From Amphiscolops sp. MND2022 (Eukaryota), in NCBI GenBank assembly GCA_964187785.1, contig OZ076413.1, forward strand, positions 38,254,001 to 38,318,000: a DNA stretch of 64,000 nt. The letters run 5' to 3'. Shown here piece by piece: positions 33,844 to 44,398 of this stretch. Below the pieces are notes generated by a model. The model saw nothing but the letters and a program-made list of their open reading frames with translations. It had not been told where the DNA came from and searched no databases. The position numbers and the translations under genes are program-made. Within the stretch, counting starts at the first letter, position 1, and each line of letters starts with the position of its first letter.

Positions 33844-35191
33844 TACGCTTCACTTCCCTGTTGACCTGGCATTCTGTACTGCTTCGCTTGTATCTTCGCA
33901 ATTCCTCGTGCGGTTCGGACATAGTGCGTGTTCCATATGGCGAGAACAAAAAATTGACATTTGCATTTCATGATCATAGTAAAGAACGTCCCCTAACGTC
34001 AGCTGGACGTTCCCTGTTGGCTCAGTGGACTCAAGGATACGGGATTTTGCCGCGAAGTATTCGGATGAGACAACGCAGTGCATTACGACGGGACTCGATG
34101 AAAACAGTGACAACCAGGAATCTGATGTAATCTTATGTGGATTCTTCATTTGTATTATACTACGTGTGTTTTCAAGAAGTGAGAAAAATGGAGTGAAACA
34201 CTTTCCTGGACACTTGAAATAAAACCTGTGAACCACCGAAGATTCGTTAAAATGTAAAAAGTCGCTTTGTTTCTTTGGTCTCTTGAAATTTTGTGTATTC
34301 TTCAACCCTGTAATGTGGACTCAGAAAAGCGTGTGAAGAATTCAGATAAAGGTTCAGGAATTGACAAAATACAGAAACAATTCACACATGCGTAGCTAGA
34401 TTATCAATAACATGAAAAATCACGCATCATTTTTCTGATTCCTTGAAAAATTCTTTTTCGCACTGCTAATATTTGTGAGTGAAATCTCTGCCAATTCGTT
34501 TGAAGTGCACATTTTCCTGAATTCTTAGAAACACATTTAGTTCGGTGCGGAACCCAACTTTTTCCAATACTTGAAGTTTGAAAAGCTACCACGATTGGCG
34601 CCGTAATGCCTCACATCACTTCTGACGAGTAGGAATGTGGCGACACAAAAGGTAAAATCTATCGTCCGCGCCTTGCACACTTCTGCTAGCTTGTAGAGGA
34701 ACTGCTGGAAGTCTTTATCACAATACATATATACCCACTGCAGGGAGAAACACAAAAATGGCTGTCGCGCCCACAAGACGCGACGAGTTTAATGTTTAAT
34801 CTATGGTAGCAATCACCTTTTAAATTGCCAAAAGTTACACTGGAACAAGTTGGGTAGTGTGGGCAGCAACTCCTCACAGGGCCATGGGTTCAATTACATT
34901 TGCCAACACCACCTTGTTAGGCGGTGGTTCTTTCAGCGAGCCCTCGAGCTCTGGTGAATCTATTATTCACCAGTATTTTGGCCATTTCACGACAGCGCGT
35001 GATCTCTGTCGTCGCATCTCAGGCCGGTAGGAAGAATCTACCATTACACAGTATCGCGCATGCTGTAGTCTATCTTTGGACAATGATAGGAACGATTTGA
35101 TCTCCGGAGCATACCAAGTGTGGTTTTCTCAAGTTTCCTTTCCCATCCTCTCAGGTTCGATTGTCACTGTTGCAGACAGTTGTCGACTACT
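33844..35191 (-). pseudogene. Decayed ORF3 homolog: SGNH-like segment (copy at ~51381-52728)
   Basis: Frameshifted blocks in the same order as ORF3: DRLQHARYCVMVDSS (vs DLLQKTRIALFVDST), PPNKVVLANVIEPMAL (vs PPVLVYSKVIDHLAL), QQFLYKLAEVCKAR (vs QQFLYLVLEAAYAR), YDHEMQMSI (vs YDYGMQMSI). Confidence 0.85.
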
Positions 35192-35193
35192 GT

Positions 35194-37601
35194 CCCAGTG
35201 ACACGAATCTTGGTAGCCTTGCCAAGATCTTGGAAAAACATGGAAACGCATGGTAGGCTTACCAAGACGCATGGAAAAACATGATGCATGCTACGCTTGG
35301 TAAGATCTTGGCAAGATCTTGGCAAGATCTTGACAAGCGTTCCATGTGGAAATGCTTGCCAAGATCATGGCAAGATCTTATCAAGATCTTGGCAAGCAAA
35401 TGATATGAAGATCTCTTCTTCAGAAAAACTGAAAAAAAACTTGTTTAACCCAATCTAATTGTCATTACATTTAGAAGAATTATGTTGCGCATATCAAATA
35501 TGATGGCAACATCTTAACAAGGCTAGAAGAACTAATTCTAAGTCAAAAAACGCAGTTTACGATCTACTCTAGGTATCGTTACACCTTGAACCAAAGTCAA
35601 TATGAATTAAGGATGTACCTAGAACGTTCCTAGAAACAAATCAGAGAGGGGAAGCTATAATTATCGCAAAGTTATTGGAACATTCAAGCTTTTTCCAGAT
35701 CAACACTACTGTTTTCGAGTATCGCAATTTTTGTTTTTTACGTAGTTTTTCATGTTTCATGTTTTGAAATGTTTCCAGGTACATGCGACAACTTCAGCAT
35801 TGTCCCCTGTAGTGCTTGAACTGCTCAGATCTCGAAGACTGCCATCATAACTCAACTCAACACAATTGTTTTTCGGGCTCTTGCAGATACTCTTCCATGT
35901 CGGGCGATGTTCGAGTTAAAAATGACAGTTTCGTTTGCATGCCTTTAGTATATGCTTGATATACATTCTGAGTGGCTGTTTTGGCGTGCTGTGAGAGTTT
36001 CGAAATGGTTTCGAAAGTTTCGAAATGAGAGTTTCTTTGCGCGCTCTGACGCTATTTTTGTTTTGGGATTGTGACAAGCAGATGCGCTGCCGATGATCGA
36101 TCCGGGTACTCGATGGCCTTCCAAGATGTTAAAATCTTTATGCTGGAAAATTTCCGTGGCGTTTTCAATAGGATTCTTTTTTGCTATAATGTGGCACTTA
36201 GTAATGTGGTATTCAAACGCTGGGCCGTGTTTTGAAGATGTTTTTTTTGTAAATTGTGTTCCTGCCCAATGGAACCCGTAGGCCTGGCAGTGCTAAAAAT
36301 GAGTCTTTGAAACCTTTGACTGGTTTGACTTTTTCTCGTTTGCAATTTTTTCATTGTTCTCTTTTGCTTTCTTCTCATTGCGAATGATTTGCTTCTCCAC
36401 TTTGTAGAAATTTTGGAAAATGTGTTCCTAACTTGAGAAAAACGTGCTTCGCAACGCTAGAGCGGAACATTCAAGCTTTTTCCAGATCAACACTACTCTT
36501 TTCGAGTATCGCCATTTTTTTATGTAGTTCTTCACAATTCATGTTTTCGAATGTTTCCAGGGACACGAAACAACTTATGCAGCCTCGTCGCCTGTGGTGA
36601 TTGGACTTCTCGGATCTCAGCGTCTTTCAGCAGTACTCATTATTTGTTGGATGGTAAGTTTCTCTCTTGTTTTTGAAGACGTTTTTTTGTAAATTGCGTT
36701 CCTGCCCAATGGAACCCGTAGGCCTGGCAGAGTCTTTGAAACCTTTGACTAGTTCGATTTTTTTCGTTTGCAAGTTTTTCATTGTTCTCTTTTGCTTTCT
36801 TTTCATTTCGAATGATTTGCTTCTCCACTTCGTAGAAAATTTGGAAAATGTGTTCCTAACTTGAGAAAAATGTACTTCGCAACGCTAGAGCGGAACATTC
36901 AAGCTTTTTCCAGATCAACCACTACTCTTTTCGAGTATCGCATTTTTTTATGTAGTTCTTCACAATTCATGTTTTGAAATGTTTCCAGGTACATGCGACA
37001 ACTTCAGCATCGTCCCCTGTAGTGCTTGAACTGCTCAGATCTCGAAGACTGCCATCAGAACTCATTCTTTGTTTAATGGATAATATATCTCCAGCTTTCG
37101 AAGTTTTGCAAATTGTGTTGCTGTCCGTGGAAGAAACAAACTCCATTTGTCAAACTTTCGCATGATTTTCCAATTTTCTTTGGTGCTGCAACTACAATAC
37201 TTACTGTTATAATATTTGAAAATCGAAACAATTAAATTTTGGTTATTCCAGTTTTCGAAAATATTCAATATAAAATCTCAAATGGCTCAAAAACACACGT
37301 AGAACGTATTAAGCTTTGCAAGTTACAACGAAAATCTTGGAATGCTTTGCAAAATGCATGAAAAAATCCTGGTTGGATTGGCAAGATGGATAGAAAAATC
37401 TTGGTATGCTTGGCAAGACACATGGAAAAGCTTGGTAAGATACATGGAAAATCTTGGTACGCTTGGTAAGACGCATGGTCAGCCTTGCCATGATCTTGCA
37501 TGATCATGGTAGCCTTGGTAAGATCTTGGCAAGATCTTGCCAAGATCTTGGCAAGCATACCCATGCATCTTGGCAAGCGTGCCAAGATTCGTGTCACTGG
37601 G
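35194..37601. mobile_element. Non-autonomous EnSpm/CMC-like element (2408 bp), same family as 25718-26516 but inverted and with a different interior
   Basis: Same 20-bp TIR, 2-bp TSD (GT), subterminal motif arrays, and internal repeats starting at 35677, 36464 and 36892. Confidence 0.88.
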
Positions 37602-37603
37602 GT

Positions 37604-38800
37604 GTCTGTTCCTCTTATGCCTGGCTACCTATCGGGACATAGCGGGGCACTTTCTTCCTGTCATACAGGCATCCCGAGGAGATCACAGGTGCGGCTTCCC
37701 AGACCCGTGCGAGTGCCGACTCACCAGGGACCCGGAGGCATTCTGTTACACTGGCTAACTTGGAGCTGTACGATCTCCGAGAAAGGATTACTCCTAGCTT
37801 GTCTATGATCAGTGGATGTCACTTATTTTGGGAGCATGAATCAGTACTGCCTCCCCCGGTGACATTCGCGGCTATGGTTCCCCCTGTTACCCTATCGGCT
37901 GTGCGCAGGGGGACCTATGGATACCAAGGACTTCATTTGTGCTGTACCGTTTTGTCGAAGGGGGACGACTGCTAAATCTGTCAATACTGTTAGGAGGTGG
38001 TTCCCTCTCATCCTTAGACGACGACCAACCCTTGAAAACCAATTAGAGGTGTTTGGGGGAGTGTTTCGGGAACGCGATGGTGTTACGGAGCCCTCGAGCT
38101 GCGACACCGGAGTGCGTACTGTGCCTTTTTGTAACAGGGTCTGAATAGCCGAGACTTGCTGAAAAAATGATTGAACAAACCTTTGCGATTCAGAGTAATT
38201 GGCAACAGTGTGCAGCGCTGCAATGACTGCTCAATGATTGGGCGATGTGACATGTTTGATGTAGGAGCATTCACCGGTGGTCATATCGACTGCCAATGCA
38301 GTAACTCACTGGTGGATAGTAAAATGCCGGTTGGGGCAAATGATGTGGCTGTTGTTGGATTGTACAAGGTGGTTGCGCAGAGAGGTGCCATGCGGAGAAG
38401 GATAGGTTCAACGCACAGAGAGAGTTCATGCTCCAGCACGATATTATTTGTGGGACGATACGACACAGAAGCGCGGTCGTCTAGGAAGTGATGTGTGAGA
38501 TCGTAGTTCACACATTTTTCCGGCATGCGAGTGACCTTGCATATCCTCCCACATTAGCGGTTATGGCGAGGACCATGAAAGTCAACCATGAGAGCAAGTT
38601 TGTTGGGCAAGGGCAGCAGTAATTCCGGTTACCGCCGCGGGAGAGATTACATGTCTTTCGTAAATTTTCATCCAAGAACTTAGCATGGGAGATTCGCTGC
38701 ACGCGTATCTGACCATAGGCTCTGGGTGTTTGAACCGAAGATGCAGACTGTGAAGCAGTCACCTGCTGTGTCACTTGGCATTGGCGAAGACTGCGTCAAA
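37604..38800 (-). pseudogene. Decayed ORF3 homolog: N-terminal segment (copy at ~55141-56336)
   Basis: NYDLTHHFLDDRAS (~38470-38510) versus ORF3 GYDLTHNLIDHRS, followed by a T/P/S-rich low-complexity region as in ORF3. Confidence 0.55.
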
Positions 38801-40859
38801 TCGCAAATACAATCAACTTGTCTAACAAGAGTGAAGCTGAGCTGGATTTCCACACTAGTCTTAGCAGGAGAATCCGTTCTAGCATGATGATGATAATTAA
38901 GTTGCAGAGATCTTTGAGAACGTCTTCAGATGTTCGTTGTAACCACCTCATGAAGTCCTCGGCTATCCAAGGAAACAATGCGTCGCTCTTATTAGCAAGA
39001 TGTGATGATTTTAAATGGGATTTTGGGCCAGGGAGGGATGTAGTTATGTACGGAATTCGCCTAATCGGGGACGTAGTGCAAGTATTTCATCCGCACCGCA
39101 CTCGCGCAAAATGTAGCGCAGGGCAGAAGAAATTGTCTCCAAGTCTGCAGTTCATCATATGGCAAGGTGCCTTCTGCCTGCAGAAAGTCGATCAACCGTG
39201 CGTGATGATATCAACAAGATTGCTCCAAAGCACGCCAGGACATTGAACTTCCCTTCCTGGCTCGTCGTACGCGGATGGCTGAATGGCCGCGCAATGTCCT
39301 CGTAGGACATCTAGGTCCTGCCGAACGGATCTTTGAAAGGTCTCATTGTCGATGTTGGAATTCGCCTAAATACCTAACGTCCCAAGAGCTGCTTTAGTAG
39401 GAAACACGGATGCGTGGAGATGTGGGAAAATTGGATTTTGATATTTATACCACCAAAACTTAGTGTTTCCGAATACCAAACCACCATATGATTACGTTGT
39501 CAGTTTTGGACGTCCGTAAACGTTCCAAACAACTATACAGATGGCAAGGATCCATCAACGCGTCCATATATAGCCAAAGTCAACTCCAGCATTTGATCAT
39601 AACTAGTCCTTTCCTTGAGCAGGACAAGAGGCCTTACCCAACAAGGAAGGTCACAATGTTTTTAGTTTCGCCTCGGCACAGACGTTTTCAGTACCCTACA
39701 ATCCTGTATAGATATTTCTGCCCGGATAAATAGCCGATGTACTGAGTGTCCTCAGTAGTACCACCTGAGAGCACTCCTTGGTGTCCAATCTCGAGTGTAC
39801 CCCGAGGCGTGTCGACTGTCATTGCGCAAACGCAATCACGCAACACAAAAGTCAGAGTGAGAAAAGTGTTTGCGGTTGCGCCTTGAGCTGTACTGGTGAG
39901 GACTTTCAGGATGGTCGGAAACAGAAAAAACTTTAGCTTCAGGCATCGAGGTCGTAGTCGTGTCCGAATTCGATATTTGCTGGTTTTGCTAGCAGTGGTC
40001 GGCGGCAGTCATCAAAACCGACCACGCGGGCAATCCCTTCTGCTACCACGCTGCTTGCTGGCCCTACTGGTGCGTTGAGAAAGAAGACTTCCACCTCTAC
40101 CTGTTTTGGGTATAGGTTGGGTACCAGGAGGTGTAAGGGGAGCTACAAGATCAGCCGCGCAGGTCAGGCTTTTGGCAGCGGCAAAATACTATTCAAATGT
40201 TGTCGGCACCGTCCGAGGCCGAATGGTTAATTTCTTCAACGAATCAGTTAAGGAAGGGTTGGCCAGGAAAGGAGCTGAGGTGCCGACAAGTGATGACAAA
40301 CTACCCTCGCCTTCAGATTTAATGGAGGTCAATACCAGACCTTGGGGACTCTGAAACTTGGTCGAGAATCTCAGCGTGGGTCAGAACTGCGTCCATCTCC
40401 TCCTTGTCACTGATCTTCGGAGTTGCATCATCGCCCGCATCGGACGGAGAGTTACCAACTTGATGGAACTGTAAGCGACTGCCACTCTTCCGGATGTGGG
40501 TGTGCAGGCATATTTCCCTCCAATGCCGTCTTCTCGAAGGCAATGATGCAATCGATGCCTCTGGGAACAATTGTCCAGTTTTACGCAAAGGTTGTATCCT
40601 GTCATTGCCTATTTCATCCACAGTGAACCCAGGATCCGCATCCATTTTACCACAATCTCGCCACTGTCGGTAGTGCAGCAAACTCTGTTTGCCTGAAGCG
40701 ATGTGGCTTCAACCGTTCAGAATAGAGTTTTTGTCCTGTATCTAAAAGGTGAAGACGTCCTTCTTACAAGGTATGAACCACTATGTGATCTATGTGAGGT
40801 CCACACCACGCCCTCGCCACGCCTCAGCTTGGGCGAACCTTTCTGAGGCACATCCAGCA

Positions 40860-41450
40860 GAATAGCCAAACCCGGTACGCACGCGCGGTCAACTTTTATT
40901 TCCAAAGGATGTGGTGCCGCGCCAATCAATGAATTTCTGCTATGTCAGAGGAATATTTTTTCGGCTCCTCTGGTCAACAAAAAACGTGAAAAAGCCGTTT
41001 CAAAAACAATTTACCCCCTGATCACCCTATCTAGGTGTTCCGATCACAGACCCGCATCCTCTGTGAACGAAACACGAGAAGCAAGGTTAACAAGGTGCGG
41101 TTCTGAGGTCAATCTAGATATGGTCGCTGCGTCATATTCCTTGTGGAAGGCCACAATGAAAAGAATTGCAGGGTGGGCTGCCCGATCGGAAGCGACATGA
41201 GTACAACGTTGTCTTCTAAGGGCACAGTATGCCCTCGCGGGCGGACGCACTTCCTCCTCGCAAACCCATGTGTTCCATCATTCCAAACATTACGCAGAAT
41301 AGCGGACCCGCGCAGTCTGATCTTGCCGTTTAATCCTTGGTCGGGCACTCCCGAGCAAAAAGGCACTTGTCCACAAAGAGAACATGCTTCCATGGGAACT
41401 CGAGCTTGACGTGCTGAAGCGAACCGTGCATTGGGTGCGCCCATAACCGA
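40860..41450 (-). pseudogene. Decayed homolog of giant-Gypsy ORF2, the macrodomain protein (copy at ~58396-58986)
   Basis: GSAILRNVWNDGTHGFAR (vs GNRPLRRTIWNDRKSIFAH), LMSLPIGQP (vs LISQPKIRP), AFSRFLLTRGAEKIF (vs ATIRYIIREYGQETIF), in the expected order upstream of the ORF3 homolog. Confidence 0.5.
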
Positions 41451-42757
41451 CACATTGCATTGCCCAAAAGTGGTGGTAGCACTCCCTGTGAGATGCCTCG
41501 TGGCTCTTTATTGGGTATAAATGGCGGAGGGTTGCTGCGCCTTCGGTCGCTTGCGCTGCAGTTAGCGCGTGGTGAAGCGCAACTATTCCACCGTTGGAGG
41601 CTCAGTGAGTTAAATCAACAGTTCCCGGCGCAATATATGGTCTCTTTAGCATCCGATTGCAATCAGTTTTAAACGGGCTAGTCATCAAAGTGAAGGCCTT
41701 TTCAGGATTATCCCTCAAAGACTCAAATTCGCCTTTAATGATAATATTTTCACACTCTGACTTTGCGTTTGTGACTATCCTGTCGATGATAATTGGGGTT
41801 CGTTACAAAGTAGTCACTGACCACCGTTACAATTTTTAAGAGCCTCTTTCAATTAGCATTAGTCTTTTTTATCATTTTGCAAAAATCATGAAGACAAAAG
41901 CCTGCGGTGTAACTAATGGATGATGGTCACCTTCCCACAAAATGAAAGAAATTTTCGATCTTCCCCAAGGTAATGAAATAGTTTTCTCAATCCAAATCCA
42001 TGCTATTGAATGTAATTTTGTTAAACTCGAATAGCAATGAAAGAAAACTAGATCAACTTTCAGCAAACGCATTGTAGAAAAGTTCTCATAAGGTTGTATA
42101 TGGGTTAAATATATAAGCCTCAAGCGAATGGTTCCAGTGACTGAATCAAAACCATTCTAATTGAAAGAAATATGTTTGCAATGAAAGGTCATAGTTTGTG
42201 CCGTGGTCATCCCTACTGTCTAGGGAGCTTGAAGAACCGTCCCTAGGACGGGGATGATGGTTGGAATTGACCGAATTTGGATTCGCAATGGTTTCTACCT
42301 TCGGTGTTCCCGCTTAGTCTACTGGACCTTGAGTCCACATTTGTCCCAAACCTTTTGTCCACCGGCTTTAATTCGAACGCGTTTCCTTTTACCTTGCTAG
42401 TTGACTGTATTACTCTAATTGCAAAATTCAGCACCGGTTTACATGACATCATAACTATAATTCAACTATTATGAAATAACAGAACTGAAATGAGTGTAAT
42501 CCTGAATAAATATGGCAAAGTTATGCTTAATGCAAATGAGTTTATAGTTTATGGGACCGGTGGTCTATCCAGCCTATAATGGCAAAACTTCTGGGGGAAT
42601 GGGTAGGTTGCTGTGTTCGTTGGGGACAATTTGGTACCTGTTCCCATCGTAGACGGCAGCCTGCGACAATTTAATTTCATGTGAATGTTTTTGAAACATC
42701 GATTGCACTTGAAAGAATCGTTTGACTTTATCACTTTCAATTAATCAATCATTTCAG

Positions 42758-43053
42758 GCTGTGAAAAACTGGAAGGAGCTCAAATTTCGGTTTGTTTGCA
42801 CAATGCAAAAAACTGCACAACGTGCGATTCTGTCGGAACAGCACCAAGAGGTGAACGTGTTACTGTCCTATGCCCTGAGAAACCGAAAGGAAAGTTTCTA
42901 CAAGTTGGACACATGTTAGGAGACGTGAAATACTGCAACATTCAAGTCTTTGGGGAGTTACCAGGAGTGTACGATAATACGGATTCTGGTGATTGTATTT
43001 CATCTTACAACTTTCTGACCGAGGCTACTTTGGTTGATAAACCTAACTGGTAG
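42758..43053 (+). CDS. Host exon: C-terminal half of an F-type lectin-like domain, terminal exon
   Basis: catttcag| acceptor in phase 1. Reads CEKLEGAQISVC...C..C...VLC...GKFLQV...YCNIQVFG, paralogous to 23671-23894. Confidence 0.65.
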
Positions 43054-43671
43054 AGCAGAAGATACTAGACGATTTTTTTTTTAAAAAAAAGAAAACGCTG
43101 AGAAAATTTGAGTTCTCAAAACTTCAACAAAACTGCTTCAAAAGACAGAAAATATGCAATTTAACCTTAGGAATTTTGACCTCAAAACAAAAACTACTGG
43201 TGTAACGAATAAAAATTTGAGATACTTTTGCTTTCATGTATAATAAAATTACGAAATGTTGCGCTTCGAAACTTTTCGTTTGTCAAATTGAGTGTCTTCA
43301 CGAAACCCAAGTGAATCTTAAATTTAAAACCTGTTTCATTTTAGATAATGACGTGCCGACTTCGACAGAATTCTACTTCACGGATGTTTGGCTCGGGACA
43401 TCTACCGAACAAACTTTTTTCAGATCATTTGTAGGAAAGTAACTTAAATCACAGCTACTATAACTTGAACTGTCCTTAATTGTTTTTACAACGAGTTTAT
43501 TTATATTCCCCTCCACGTTTGGATAATAAAAACCTTGATTCTGGTAGTTGAAATTGATTGCAAATATTAGAGTTAGACTGGAATGATGTGAAAGAGAACT
43601 TCTCTAACAATTCACTTTTTGTCTATACCAAAGAGGTCACAAGTTGTACTAAGTGTCAAAAACGTTTACGC

Positions 43672-44043
43672 TAGTAGTAACAATGCCGTGCTCTCAAGTA
43701 ACAAAACTCGGTCAATAGGTGTAGCGAATTATTGAGCAAATTTTGGATAATTTTCAATTAAAAACTCTTTTCAATCAATAAATATTATGTCCAAAGTTAT
43801 TACAATGGCTAATTCAAAAATTGCAGACGACAAAGAATTTTTGCGAAAAGAATAAATTATGCACAATTAATACCAGCTTACATGTCTTACCATGGTTATC
43901 TTGTCAAGATCTTGCCATGATCTTGCCATGATCTTGGCAAGCGTTCCATGCATCATGTTTTTCCATGCGTCTTGGTAAGCCTACCATGCGTTTCCATGTT
44001 TTTCCAAGATCTTGGCAAGGCTACCAAGATTCGTGTCACTGGG
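43672..44043. mobile_element. Orphan right half of the 799-bp EnSpm-like element, created by the duplication breakpoint
   Basis: Only the right TIR (...GTGTCACTGGG at 44043) is present; the sequence starts at the duplication junction. Confidence 0.9.
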
Positions 44044-44398
44044 CGTCACTAGCGGTCCAACTACACATCTCTGCTGCCCAATAGCGAGGACGATTGCTAA
44101 AGCTTCGATCACAGTCATGTCAACGAAAGTATCCGTAAATTCAACAGTTTGATCATCGCTCAAAGTAACCGACCATCTGAGGACAAGACGGGTGACAATT
44201 GAGGATATGGGTATGGACAGCCTTCAAGCTACGTCTTTCATGGTCTTGGTACGGAACTAGCCGTACCACAGCCCATAAGATATGTTGCACGTGCTCACTT
44301 CCTCTGTCAACTCTAGGGTCTCTTGTGTCACAATAGCACGCTTTTCCAAAGACAACTGGATAATTCCGTATATCTTGCAAAACGGACATTGAGAATGG

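Larger units (their letters stand above)
26145..43671. repeat. Tandem duplication, unit 1 (17527 bp)
   Basis: All ORFs recur at an offset of 17527-17537. The junction ...tttacgc|tagtagtaac has 1-bp microhomology. Confidence 0.97.

Noticed and set aside
39700-39775. LEIGHQGV as an integrase zinc-finger remnant
   Set aside because: Single short match with no downstream CxxC or DDE motifs in any frame I read.
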